From assembly GCF_020745735.1 (NCBI RefSeq), contig NC_083412.1, positions 66,616,320 through 66,680,319 on the forward strand: a DNA stretch of 64,000 bases. The letters run 5' to 3'. The position numbers and the translations under genes are program-made. This document shows, one piece after another, positions 1 to 12,635 of this stretch (its first letter is position 1; each line of letters opens with the position of its first letter). The stretch is from Hemiscyllium ocellatum (lineage: Eukaryota). The notes below the pieces were generated by a model. That model was not told where the DNA came from. It worked only from the letters and a program-made list of their open reading frames with translations, and searched no databases.

Positions 1-1230
1 ACTGAATTGATACAGATGAGATCCTGAGAGGACTTGACCAAGTGGATGTTGAAAGCATGTCTCCTCTTATAGAGCCATAGTGATGGAGTCAAAAAGCATG
101 GAAACAGACTCTTCAATCCAACCGGTCCATGCCGATCATAATCCCAACCTAAACTATTCCCACCTGCCTGCACTTGGCCCATATCCCTCCAAACCTTTCT
201 TATTCATGAAGTTATCTAAATGTCTTTTAAACATTGTAACTGTACCCATATCCACCACTTCTTCTGGAAGTTCATTCCACACATAAACCACTCTCTGTGG
301 TAAAGGAAAGTGTCCCTTGTGTCTTTTTTAAATCTTTCTTCTCTCACCTTAAAATATGTCCCTAATCTTGAAATCCCCCACCCTTAGGAAAAGACACCTG
401 CCATTCACCTTATCTACATCCTGCATGATCCTATAAAGCTCCATCAGGTCACCTCTATGCTCCGATGAAAAAGTCGCAACCTATCCAGCTACTCCTTATA
501 ACTCAAACTCTCCCTGTCTGACAGATTTCTGGTAAATCTTTTCTGACCCCACTTCAGCTTAACAATATCCTTCCTAAAAAATGGTGACCAGAACTAGACA
601 CAGTATTCCAAAACAACCATCACTAATGACTTGTACAACCTAAACATGACATCCTAACTCCTATTATCAAAGGTCTGAGCAATGAAGGCAAGTATGCTAA
701 ATGTTTTCTTAACCACCCTGTATAGGTGTAATATGAATTTCAGAGTTATGCACTGAACCTCTAGGTCTCTCTGTTCTATAACACTACTCAAGCTCTATTT
801 TGAATTGTCTAATTCCTGCCCATGTTTGTTTTACCAAAATGCAATACCTCATGTTTCTCCAAATTAAACTCCATTTGCTACTCCTCAGTCCATTGACCCA
901 ACTGAGCACATGTGGGAGAATCTTAGAAATAGGGTCATAGTTTTAAAATGATGGAGTGCTCGTTTAAAACAGAAATGGGGACATTTATTTTTCTCTCAGA
1001 TAGTTGTGAGTCTTTGGAATTCTCTTCCTAAAAAAGTAATGGATGCAAAATCTTTAAACACTTTAAAGGCAGAAATTGATAGACTTTTGATTAACAAGCG
1101 GGGGGAAAGATTATCAGGGATACCCAAGAATGTAGGGTTGAGGTTAAATTCAGATCAGTCACAATCTTATTAAATGGTGGAGAAGCCTCAAAGGGGTGAG
1201 TGACCTATTCGTGTTCCTTGTTCATGTATA
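1..1230 (+). mobile_element. Old CR1 LINE 3' fragment split by a younger CR1 insertion (pieces about 1-69 and 909-1230)
   Basis: The two flanks join into the CR1 RT C-terminus and 3' UTR (aaagcatgtctcctctt...gtgggagaatct). Confidence 0.6.
70..905 (-). mobile_element. CR1/HER1 LINE 3' fragment
   Basis: Tail catggaaacagactcttc...cctgcacttggcccatatccctccaaacc is shared with copies at 16367, 41333 and 61225. Confidence 0.75.
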
Positions 1231-2059
1231 ACTGCTGCCTCACCCACCTCAAAATGCATTGATTTAAACATGTCTGAAGCATAAAGCTGGGCCTTTTGGA
1301 TAGTAGGAATAATTAATACCCTTTGAAGTGGCTGAGTAAATCATTCAAATGTCTTTAATATTGAAACAATGCTCTAAAATGTAACAATGCTCCAAGATGT
1401 TTGCCAGAAATGTAAAAAGAAAGAATCCTTGTTCAAACGAAATGGTATTGGAAGGGGCCATTAAATTTCATTCAAGGAATTGAGTAATAAAGAGGGCTTT
1501 AAAGGAGGACTTGTAAATTGGAGAGCTTTAATCAAAGAAATTATAAACATTGGGGTTTAGCAGCAGAAGATAAAACTTTCAATTGTAAGAAAATGAAGGG
1601 AAAATGAAGAGGCTAGGATCAGAGGAAAGGTGAGATCAGTGATTGAAGAAGTTGGATTGAAGAAGGGACAGAGATAGGAAAGGGCAATGTCATACGGGAT
1701 TTAAAGACAAGAGATTCTGTGGCTATGATCGGACAAATAAGAATAGAACTAAATGAGGATAGTCATACTTTACAGGACCAAAATATAGCAGTTGTTGGAA
1801 ATGAGAAATGAAAACAGGAAATGCTGGACACATTCAGGAGGTTTCAGCAGTCTCTATACTGATAGAAACAGATTTAATGGACTGAATTTGGTACAAGTAG
1901 CAGAGGTCCCAGCAAGTGCCACAGGAATTGAGATCAAAAACAGAAGGTAACCCTACAGCTGAACCTAGACGAGCAGATTACCAGCAACAACACGTCATTC
2001 CAAAACAATTTAGGATTAAAATAAGGTTAGATTTAAGTCTGAGAACCATGACCACTTAC

Positions 2060-2164
2060 TTGAAATTGAACGTGTACAAAGTACTGCAACAACCACACAC
2101 GCAATCGATACAATTAAACCGCTAACTATTAGTAATATCCACAATTGTCTGTTACTCGCAGAAT
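2060..2164 (-). CDS. IgSF receptor exon 4: transmembrane segment (DSASNRQLWILLIVSGLIVSIACVVVAVLCTRSIS)
   Basis: Acceptor ttctcaacag| and donor TCAA|gtaagt; 105 nt, phase 1-1. About 23 uncharged hydrophobic residues, in frame with C1. Absent from the supplied ORF track. Confidence 0.85.
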
Positions 2165-2545
2165 CTGTTGAGAATTATGGAGGACACGCATTACAAACTA
2201 TGTTGAGTAACATACCGTAAAGCAGAACTTAAGAGTTTACCCATTTTGTTCTAATATAATTAAATGGAGATATTAGAGTGGATGTACAAAAGCTGAATCA
2301 AAGAGATAACTTTAAAGGAAAATCTTTTAAAAAAGGCAGAGGAGCAGAAGTTGAGAGATGGAATTACAGATATTGAAGCATACGATTAGGAGCAAAAGTA
2401 GGACACACGGACCCAAGAGGTTGCTCTGAAACTCAATAAGACAAGACTGATCTGACAAGACAAGACCCAAAGATCTTGCTTAAGAAGAATCTATGCCTTA
2501 AAAATAATCAAGGACTCTTTGTCCACCACCTTTTCAGGATGAGAG

Positions 2546-2822
2546 TTAGATTAGATTAGATTACTTACAGTGTGGAAACAGGCCTTTCGGCCCAACAAGT
2601 CCACACCGACCCGCCAAAGCGCAACCCACCCATACCCCTACATTTACCCCTTACCTAACACTATGGGCAATTTAGCATGGCCAATTCACCTAACCCACAC
2701 ATCTTTGGACTGTGGAAGGAAACCGGAGCACCTGGAGGAAACCCACGCAGACACGGGGAGAACGTGCAAACTCCACACAGTCAGTCGCCTGAGTCGGGAA
2801 CTGAACCCGGGTCTCAGGCGCT
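2546..2822 (-). mobile_element. HE1 V-SINE, 5'-truncated
   Basis: (TTAGA)n tail, ccacactgta 3' end shared with the CR1 tail, and central V-domain ggaaacccacgcagacacggggag. Confidence 0.85.
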
Positions 2823-3019
2823 CCGTGACCCTCTGTGAGCAAAATAAATTCTTCTTACTCTGGCTTAAATGGATCCCTTGTTCTACATTCTCTTGCAAGA
2901 GGAAACATTCTAACCACATGCAGTCAGGTAAAACCCACCATCTGTGGTTATCTAAAAAATGGTTAAAGATAGTATCAAACTTCAAAAAAAATGTTTATAT
3001 AATTGCACACGAGTGGGTG

Positions 3020-4150
3020 GCAAGTCGGGGGGTTTAAATAGCAACAAAGACTGACTAAATGTATAATGGAAAGTCTAGTACGAGGGCAAGACAGCTGGAA
3101 ACATAAAATGAGATAATAATGTGTTAAAAAAAGTTTCTGTAGAAAGTGCATCTGAGGAATTTATAATAGGAAATAAGCAGATAGAAGATTAATTGAACAG
3201 GTAATTTTCATTAGCATACAGATCTGGATCATGCTGTGTGGAGGACAATAGCAAATATTGCAGATGGTACTCAACTTGGAAGAATTATAAACTGTGAGGA
3301 GGACAGTGTGAAGGTCCAAAAGGACACTGACAAGTTGGTATGGTGGGTGGATAGGGGTGGATGATGTTCAATGCAAAAAGTGTGGGGTATTGAACTTTGG
3401 TAAGACAAGCATTGAAAGACAATATAAAATATGCTGACAATTCTAAGGAGGGGCTGTAGGAGCACAGGGGCATGGGTGTATATATGCACATATCATAGAA
3501 AGTGGCAGAACAGGCAAGAGAGCAGTCAATAATGCAACCAGAATCCTCAGCTTTATTAAAAGGGATATAGAGTAGAATGTAATGTTGAACTTGTATAAGA
3601 CATTTGTTAGAGCTCAGCTGGAGTGTTGTGAACAATTGTGGGTGCCACAACATAGGAAGGATGGGGACACATAGGAAAGAATGCAGAAGTGGTTTACAAT
3701 AATGCTTCCAGGAATGAGGAACTTCAGTTTTGAGGATAGCTTGAAGAAGTTGGAATTTTTCTCCTTGGAGAGAAGGCTAAGAGGAGCTATAGTGGAGGTT
3801 TTCAACATCATGAGTGAACTAGGTAGATTTGATTTGGAGAAATTGTACCCCCTCATAAAAGGATCAAGAACAAGAAGCCATGGATCTAAACAGATCTGTA
3901 AAGCAAGCAAGAATGAAGTGAGGAAAAGCTTTAAACTCAGTGAGAAATTAGGGTATGGAATACACTGCCTGGGAGTATGGTGGAGAAAGGTTTAATGTGG
4001 TCAGCCAAGGGGGTTTCAGATGATTATTTGGACAAAAGTCATATGCAAGAGTGTAGGGACAAAGCAGGATATTTGCTGTAGATAACTTTGCTAATTTAAT
4101 GAGCCACTGCAGGAATGATGGGCTGCATGGTCTCCTCTTGTGCTATAATA
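3020..4150 (+). mobile_element. CR1 LINE RT C-terminus and 3' UTR, decayed
   Basis: ORF 3681-3995 reads LPGMRNFSFEDSLKKLEFFSLERRLRGAIVEVFNIM, a CR1 thumb region. Confidence 0.75.
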
Positions 4151-4989
4151 TTTCAGTGATTCTGCAAATTCCTTCATAAGTGAAATCCATGAGGCTCAAG
4201 GACCTTTAATTGAACAAGGAGAGAATCTAAGACAAGGATCTTCAATGCAGCAAACTATCAATCTTTTAAATCCAAAAATGTGGCATTCTGGAAGAATAGT
4301 GCAACCTCCAGATACCAAAGCTTGCAAACTCAGAGCCTTGAAAGGTAGCAATAGGGTAGTGGTAAATGTAATTATACACACAAATATATAAAAACTAATC
4401 AAGCTTCAAGTAAAAAGCTTGAAGAGAAATGTTCTACATAATCTGAAATGGACTGAAAACATTAATACTGAAGAGTGCTATGAGCACCTCCCACTACGGT
4501 GTTATTTGAACTTGTAGACACAATGGATTGTGATCACGAAGGAGTGAGATCTACACCAGCTCCTCCTCCAAATCTCTGTAACAATGTCTGTCATATCAAT
4601 GTAACCTACAATAAACTAATTTTGTTAACTAGAAGAGATGCTTATGATGAGACCAGGAAGTGGTTTTCATTTACCATACTAGACCAAGTAGGCCCTGTTG
4701 TTTCCTACAGATAAAGAGAATATTGGCAACCTCCTTCAACATGAGAGGAGCTCTTATAGCATGTTGAATTGGCATACCCAACAGCTAAAGTCACCACAAT
4801 CCCACTCTCCCATTAGAGAGAGCAGACTGGTGTTAGTTTAAACTTAGGGTCATCACTCCTCAGGTGAGGGGTGAGGTTGAAAAGGTCCAGCAAATGAACC
4901 TGCCCTGTTGGTGTAACTCTGCATCACAAACCAGTTGTCCAATCAATCCCTATACCCATTCCACATAGTATTGACTGTCGACAAAGTTG

Positions 4990-6290
4990 TCTGATAACTT
5001 AGTGGTAGTCGATGAGCCAAGCTAAGCGGGTGTAGAACAAAGCCAGGTGTCATCTGCTTAGTGAAAATGAACAGTTTGCTTTCCTATGATGATGCCAAGA
5101 GATGGTGTAGTTAAGAAATAGCTGCAGGATCAGCTTTGCTTGACAGGGGTAATAATGTGGAAATGTGAAGAGTAGTTATTGCAGTCAATCCTCTGAATCT
5201 GATAAGAGGCATTTCGATACTATGACAATGTGGAGATGTAGGGCATTAAGGGTCAGATAAATGATTATGGGTTTCAAACGTAGCTTGCTGGGAATGGGCA
5301 TGGATTCAGGAGGTTGACAACTTAACAGGTTTTCAGAGGAAAAGGCAGTTCACTGGAAATGGTGCGGCTCTGATTTGCAAGGTTAATGGTCTCAGGGCTT
5401 TCAGTTTGTGGAGAGAGACTTTCTGGAAAATGGGCCAGAACATTAAGAGGGTGAATCACAGAATCCATACAGTGTGGAAACAGGCTCTTCAGCCCAACAT
5501 GTCCACAATGAACCACCGAACAGTAACCCACCCAAACCCCTTCCCCTACTCTATATTTACCCCTGACTAATGCACCTAATCTTCACAACCCCGAACATTA
5601 TGGGCAATTTAGCACAGCCAATTCGCCTTACCTGCACATCTTTGGACTGTGGAAGGAAACCGCAGCATCTGGAGGAAATCCAAGCAGAACAGGGAGAATA
5701 TGCAAACTCCACACAGGCGGTAGTCTGGGGCTGGAATCGAACCTGGGTCCCTGACACTATGAGGCAGCAGTGCTAACCACTGAACCACTGAATTATTAAC
5801 AATATTGGCTGAAGTGGGGTTCAGGAGAGGAAGCTGTGTGTTCAGTACTTTATGAGGAATAGAGGACAATGGGAATCTTGTCTGCAAGATGAACGCAGAG
5901 GCAGTCAGAGGAAGGTTGGGTAGGAAACTCAAAAAAAGATGCAATTTCAAAACTCACACTGGGAATTACTTTGGTGGAAGTTTGCCCCATTGGCTCGTAA
6001 AAGAGAGAGATGGGACAGAGCTGTTGATAGGTTTAGCTTGATTTTAGTGACCAGGTTCCGGATGAGGGAAAGTAATTGTTGGCGACTAGGATATTAAAGG
6101 TAGAGCGAGGGTATAATTGAGTGAATCAGTAGCTGCAGACATATTGTTGCAAATCAAGTAGCAAAGACTAGATAGGTGGCATTTGGAAAGTACAGTTGGA
6201 AATGAATTGTCTAAGTGGACAGTGAGAATGGCAATTTTTAGACACGGAAGGCTGATATAGGTGGAGAACAATTCAAGGAGTGATACCAGA
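4990..6290 (-). mobile_element. L2-like LINE remnant interrupted by an HE1 SINE
   Basis: Minus strand near 5040-5075 reads HFH*ADDTWL (YADD motif). Heavily decayed. Confidence 0.4.
5455..5790 (-). mobile_element. HE1 V-SINE
   Basis: tRNA-like head (gtggttagcactgctgcctca, ggttcgattcc), V-domain and CR1-type tail. Confidence 0.8.
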
Positions 6291-6421
6291 ACCACATTCA
6301 TGTAGTAACATTACTCAAGTCATAAAAGTCAAAAGAAAATTAGAATCACAATTCAAACTACTGCCAGTTTGCAAAGTCCAGAGATTTTGCCAACAAATCA
6401 ATGACTGAAAATGTTTCTTAC

Positions 6422-6727
6422 CTTGGTTACAAACAGAAATCTTTTCAGTGGTGGATACAGACAGTGTTGGGTGGTTCACCTGACAGGAATATATTCCACT
6501 TTCATTCCGCTCAAATACAGAAAGATTCAGGAAACTTGTGGTGGAGAATGAGCCATCACTGTTAGTGTGGAGAGTCTCATTCTTAATGCCATTGGTGATT
6601 AGCTGTCCATCTTTAAACCAGGACACTTGAATGTCATCAGGGTAGAATTCCTGTGATGTGCAGATTAACTCTCTCCCTTGATTAGGGTAAGGCTGAGCCC
6701 TTTCAATTAACTGGACAGTTGGCCGAG
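6422..6727 (-). CDS. IgSF receptor exon 3: C1-set constant domain
   Basis: Acceptor aactttcag| and donor CAAG|gtaaga; 306 nt, phase 1-1. C1-set signatures LICTSQEFYPDDIQVSWFKDG, NSDGSFSTTSFLNL and YSCQVNHPTL. Confidence 0.93.
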
Positions 6728-7609
6728 CTGAAAGTTAATTGTAACATGTTATTAGACCTCTATACTTCAGTCTGCTTGTCAGTTTGCATTGAATAGTTTC
6801 AAGGACTTATTGATGATCCACAGTGAGAAATTTTGAACTGTCAACTATGTGTGTATCAGATAAATAAAAGGCTAGTAATTGCAAATCAGAGGGGCTGGCA
6901 TCATGGATCAGTTGATGCCTTAAGACTCACTAGGAAGCATTTTCAGGTGAGCTTGTAATTTGGTAAGCAGTCTACCTGCCTGAAACGAGCAAGAGGTGGG
7001 AACGAAGGAGACCTTTCAGTGCATCAAACCATTCCAGTTCCCTGTAAAAACAATTCAGCTTGTCCCATATCATCATCCTTTTCCCATAGTTCTGCAGTTT
7101 TTTTTCCCTCCTGGCACTCATACAATGCCATTTTGAAAGCCAGAGGCAAACCTGCCTCCACCACACCACCATCCATACAATGGATATGAAATATTGATGG
7201 CAAACTGCCAAAAAGAACTCCTTATGTGACCTTTTGCTCAACATTTTAAATCAATATTATCTTGTTTGTGACCCATTTGCCAATGGAAATTATTTCCCTT
7301 TATCTATCATAACTAGATTCCTCATGTTTTTGGCCACCTCCATCAAATCCCCATTCAATCTTCTTAATGATTGTTTGGTGATATATAAAATGCAAGCTGA
7401 TCTATGGGTTCTATTGGCAAGGTGAGCATGTGTTGCCCATCTCTAATTGTACTGGAGAAGCTGGCTTTGAGCAGTCCATGTGGTGTTGATGGCACACCCA
7501 TTATGCTGTTAAGAAGGAGATCCAGGAATTTGACAATGAAGAAATGATGGTATAGCTCCAGTCAGGATTGTCCTGGGCTCGGAAGGAAACTGACCTATGG
7601 CAGATGAAC

Positions 7610-7942
7610 TATAGAATCCCTACAGTGTGGAACAGGCCTTCTGCCCAACAAGTCCACAGCCATCCTCTGAAGATTAACCTACCCAGACCCATTCACCTAC
7701 TACTCTACATTTACCCAGATTAAACCACCTAAACCTGAATACTGTGGGCAATTTAGCATGGCCAATTCAACTAACCTGCTCATCTTTGGATTGTGGGAGG
7801 AAACTGGAGTACTGGAAGAAAACCACGCAGACATGGGGAGAGTGTGTAAACTCCACACAGACAGTTGCCCGAGGTGGGAGTTGAACCCAGGTCACAGGTT
7901 TACTGCAGCAACAGTGTTAACTACTGAACCACTGTGCCGCCC
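7610..7942 (-). mobile_element. HE1 V-SINE
   Basis: Full head-to-tail similarity to the other copies. Confidence 0.8.
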
Positions 7943-8006
7943 TAAGTAGCAAAAGGGTGGGAATGGAGACATTTCAGTCCATCTAGAACTGTTTCCATGC
8001 ATCTTG

Positions 8007-8490
8007 GGACAGTAATAGCCTAGTGATATTGTCACTAGACTATGAATCCAAAGATAATGTCTCAGAGACATGGGTTCAAACCCAACCATAGCAGATGATG
8101 GGATTTGATTTTGATTAAGAGTCTAATGACCATGTCGCAACTACTGATTGTCAGGAACACTCATTTGGTTCTTTAGGAAAGAAAACTGCCATCCTGTCGT
8201 GGTTTGGCCCACATGCAACTCCACACCCAATATGGTCTTGGCTCTTGTCACTGCATTCTTTATATGGCTGATCCAGTTCAGTTTCTGATGAATGATAACC
8301 CCCAGGATGTTGACGGTAGGGGATTCAGTGATGGTAATATCATGGAATAATAAGGGGAGATGGTTAGATTCTCTCTTGTCGGAGATTTCCTGACACTTGT
8401 ACAACTCAAATCTTTCTTAACAGCCCAATCTGAATGTTATGCATTAGGACATGGGCTGCTTCAGTATCTGAGGAGTTGAGGATGGTACAC
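8007..8490. mobile_element. Second tRNA-derived SINE family (plus, about 8007-8245) abutting a CR1/L2-superclade LINE RT fragment (minus, about 8250-8490)
   Basis: B-box-like gggttcaaacccaacc. LINE frame reads ITESPTVNILGVIIHQKLNWISHI, also seen at about 43000-43330 and 58740-59290. Confidence 0.55.
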
Positions 8491-9018
8491 TTAGTTGCAT
8501 AGTTATACAGAAGTTGAATATTTCTGAAAATAGAGAAATCTCACCAAAACTTTTTATCTTGCTCTGATCAGGGCAAAAATAAGAATGACATACTTCAACC
8601 TTTGTGACAAGAGAGAAGAGTATAGATTGGTTGGCAAATCAACTCTTTTTGGTTAAGTCATAGCTATAGAGAAAGTAATGGGGGACTCTAGGCTCTTTGT
8701 GCTCCCAGATTTTCATAAAATGCACAAGGCTTAATAGTATTCCTTTTGTTTGTGGAGTCTATTAGATGTAATTTTGTGAAAAAAAGTTGCTGAAACCCTC
8801 CTCTGAGCTTTTGTTACCTGTCAGCTTAAATATTCCAATGTGCTAGGAGGATGTTTCCTGCCATGGGAGAATGAAGGACTAAAGGGTACAGTTTAAAAAT
8901 AAGGAAGTCTCAAATTAAGATGGAAGTGTAAAGGAATTTCTTCTCTCAGAAGGCTGTTAGGTTTGGAAACCAACACAATGAATGCTGAAGAAACTGGCAG
9001 CATCTTTGGAAAGAAACA

Positions 9019-9053
9019 GTTAATGTTTCAAGGTCGACATGACTCTTCTTCAG
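9019..9053 (-). ncRNA. Degenerate PLE-type minimal hammerhead motif in intron 2, sense to the Ig gene
   Basis: CTGAAGA-A-GAGTC-ATGTC-GACCTT-GAAA-CATT. Core present, stem II imperfect, ACGT palindrome decayed to ACAT. Confidence 0.4.
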
Positions 9054-9289
9054 TGTTTGGAATTCTTTTCTCTGGAAAACAATGGAGACTGAATAACTGA
9101 CTTTACTCAAGGCTGAATAATTGAGGTTATTATCAAATCAGGTATAGTCTGAATGTGGAGAAGAATCAATGTGCCAAATGGCTCCTATTTCTAAAGATTT
9201 TTTGAAGTTTGTCTTGATTAGCCTCTTACCTTGTCCCCTGCATAAATTTTGCCTTATCCCTTAGTCAGTTGTTCTAATATAGATCCAGT

Positions 9290-9700
9290 TGCTCTCACCC
9301 ATTCCCCATGCCCTTTGAATTCTATTGGCTCCCAGTGCAGAATGTTCTTAATTTTGAAATTCTCAGCCCTGTTTCAAATCCCTGTAAAACTTTATCTTTC
9401 TATCCATGTAATCTCCACCACACTCAAGATATCTGTGTTCCTCTAATTCTGGCCCATTCTGCATTCCCAGATTTTAACACTACAAACTTGTTTTCTGACC
9501 CTTTAGATAAGAAGGCCTGAAGTTCTGTAATTCCATACACCCCTCTCTTCCTTTAAGACTTTCCTTTACAGCTAAACTCTGATCATGTTTTTGCTTATCT
9601 ATCCTAATACCTACTATGTGTAAAATTTGCTTTGGAAGTTCTCTTTTGAAGTGGCTCGAGCTGTTTAAGATGCTACATAAACACACATTGTTATTGGAGT
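9290..9700 (+). mobile_element. L2 LINE 3' end
   Basis: ctattggctcccagtgcag...ttttgaaattctc...gatgctacataaa matches the vertebrate L2 3' pattern. Confidence 0.55.
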
Positions 9701-9902
9701 TACTGCGATATGTAGAGAATTGCTGTTGGTGATGTATAAACCTCACAATCAACCTCTACTTCTGAACCAGGCAACCAGGGTTAAAGCCTCACCCACTCAA
9801 GAGTTGCACAGTAACATGTCTGAACAGGTTAATTAGAAAACATTTGAGAACTGAGGAATGATAAAACTGCTGTGTTTTTTGAATTGTAGATATAAAACAC
9901 AC

Positions 9903-10262
9903 CTTGTACTATAATGCGTGTACCTTTGCCAGTTGCTGATTTTGAAGGAGGTGGGATTTCAAAATTAACCTGACAGAAGTAAATATCAGAGTCGTTTAAA
10001 TGAAGATTGTAGATTATTAAGGATGAGGATTTTGTTGAAGCGTTCTTCGTAATGTTAGCACGTTCTGTGCAATGTATGATCGAAGAACAATTAAATGTAT
10101 TTTCCACGCGATGGCAGAATGTTTGTGTACTGCTGTTTCTCTTCCACGTAATTCGGAATTGTTCTACCGTATCACTGTATGAACAATTTATTTGTATGTT
10201 GTCCCCCTTCAACGCTCTGATCTGTGATGGTTCTTGGAAGACTGTTAGATTTCTGCTTCTCA
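9903..10262 (-). CDS. IgSF receptor exon 2: V-set domain with germline-joined J-like G strand
   Basis: Acceptor ttaatttctttag| and donor CAAG|gtgtgt; 360 nt, phase 1-1. Has B-strand Cys (IQINC), C-strand Trp (RITW), LxIxNLxxNDSDIYFC and GKGTRIIV. Confidence 0.93.
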
Positions 10263-11984
10263 CTAAAGAAATTAAGAAACAAAAATGATTAACAATGTAT
10301 AATTTCTGATCAGGAATGAATGTTTCGTATGTCCGGGTGTAGTTTATAGTTTAGTGAACTGAGTCAATTCAAAGACATTATGAATCTTTTTTGCTGAAAA
10401 GAAGTAAATGAAATTGGATGTCTTGCTGACTTTATAGGAAGGTAATAGCAGGAGTAAGTCATTCAGCTTCTCAAGCCTGCTCTGGTATTTTAGATCATGG
10501 TTAATCATCTTCCTTCATATCACTTTCTCACAATCTACCCATATCTTCGACATTGTTAGTAATTAGAAATCGATCAATGTCTCTTTTAAACTTACTTTCA
10601 TACCCTTCCAGATAGCAAATATCAAAGTATCATTACCTTCCAAGTGAAGAAATTCCTCCTCATCTCAGTTCTAAATTGCTTACCCCCACAGCCAAGGGAA
10701 CCATCCACTCTGTCTATCCCTATAAGAAGTTAGTATGCTTCTATAATCATTCTTCTAGTCTCCAGTTTCGTCCCATCTTTCTTCATAAGACTGACCCACT
10801 ATCCTAGCTATCAGGCTGGTGGACCTCTATTACACTCCTTCTATATACCTTCCTTAAGCAAAGGTACCGGAACTGTACACAACACTCCAAGTACAGTCTC
10901 ACCAGAGACCTATACAGTTCACCATAAAACCATTCGACATAGGAGTAGAAGTAAGCCATTCAGCCCATCTGCTCAGACATACAATGAGACCATGACTAAT
11001 CTCATAATCATCAACTCCACTTTCCTGCTTTCTCCTTATAACCCTCAATTACCTTACTGATTAAAAATTTATCCATCTCACCTCAAAACTATTTAATGAT
11101 CCAAACTTGACAGCTCTCTGTGGCAAAGGATTCCAAAGATCCATTGCACTCTGTAAGAAGAAATTCCTAATAATTTCTGTCTTAACTGGGCGGCACCTCA
11201 TTATGCCCTCTGGTCCTAAATTCTCTCACAAGTTGGGACAATCTCTCTGCATCTGTTCTGTTATTTCCCTAAGGATCTTATATGTTTCAATAAGGTCATA
11301 CCTCATTCTTCCAAACTCTAATGAGTACAAGCCCAATCTACTCAATATCTCCTCATAATGTAATCTCTCCATACGTGGTATCAACATAATGAACTTTCTC
11401 TGGGCTATCTCCAATGTCAGTATAACTTTCCTTAGATAAGGGACCCCAAATGATTAACAGTATTCCAGGTGGATTTAACTGGTGCCTTGGATAATATATA
11501 GCAAAAGCTCTCTAATTGTATACGTTATTTTCTTGGAAATTAAGGCTAATGTTGCATTTGCCTTCCATATTACCTGCTAAATATTTATGTGGTTCATGGA
11601 CAAGGACTCCCAAATCCCTCTGTGATATAGTATTCAGCCCCTCTACCGGTCAAAGTACAAAACTCCACGTTTTTTCCCATTATATTTTATCTGTCAAATG
11701 TTTGCCCAGTTGCTTAACTGGCTTATATCCCTCTGCAAACTCATCCTCACTATATGGCTTTCCATCTATTTTTATGTCATCCACAAATTTGGCTGTAACA
11801 CATTCACTTTCAAATAATGAAATCCATGTTGCAAGTAACTATGGCTCTAGCAATAATTCCTGTGGCAATCTCTTAGTTACAGGTTGCCATCCTGAAAATG
11901 CCCCGTGTCCAAACTCACTGCCTTTTATCCCCTCTTCATGTTACTCCCTCCAGCACCATAGGCTTGTTTTTAATTACTCACAGG

Positions 11985-12265
11985 ATACGGATGTCTCTGG
12001 CTAGGCCAGCATTTTTGTGCATCCCAAATTGCCCAGAGTCAACCACATTGCTGTGGGTCTGGAATCACATGTGGTCACATGATGGCAGTTTCCTTCTCGA
12101 AAGGGCATTAGTGAACCAGCTGGGCTTTTTGACAATGATTTTGTGGCCATCATCAGAATCTTAATTCCAGGTTATTTTGTCTTGAATTCAAATTCCATCA
12201 TCTGCCTGGATGGGATTTGAACCCTGTCCCTAAAACTTTAGCTGAATTTCTGGGTCATCGCCTCC
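11985..12265 (-). mobile_element. Second SINE family copy nested in CR1
   Basis: gggatttgaaccctgtccc head and gccagcattt...cccaaattgccc tail; related copies at about 47200-47530 and 50405-50720. Confidence 0.6.
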
Positions 12266-12544
12266 CCATAGTCTTATTCAGTTTCATTAAGTGGATGAAT
12301 GTGTAGCAACTTACCAAATGCCTTCTGGAAATCCACATATATTAGACCCACTCCTTTCTCTTTTTGTATTCTTTTTGCTATCTCATCAAAGAATTCTATT
12401 AGATTTGTCAGATATGATTTTCCCTTCGTGAAGCCATACTGATTCTGCTGGATTAGATATTTGCAAATGTTCTGCTGTTATAAACTTTATAATACATTTT
12501 CTTACATAAGAGATAAATGAGACCTTTATCTCTCCACCCTTCAG

Positions 12545-12635
12545 GCACTCTGCCTGTATTCCTGATGAAGGGCTTTTGCCTGAAATGTCGATTTTCCTGC
12601 TCCTCGGATGCTGCCTGAACTGCTGTGCTTTTCCA
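12545..12635 (+). mobile_element. PLE family A short fragment with hammerhead-like motif (core 12562-12589)
   Basis: CTGATGA-A-GGGC-TTTT-GCCT-GAAA-TGTC followed by gatgctgcctgaactgctgtgcttttccagca. Confidence 0.7.

Noticed and set aside
1230-2050. Candidate cytoplasmic exons (acceptors near 1966 and 1375)
   Set aside because: Weak splice context and no signalling motifs; they cannot be told apart from chance.
4196-4402. Hydrophobic ORF as the receptor TM exon
   Set aside because: No suitable splice sites; a much better phase-matched TM exon exists at 2164-2060.
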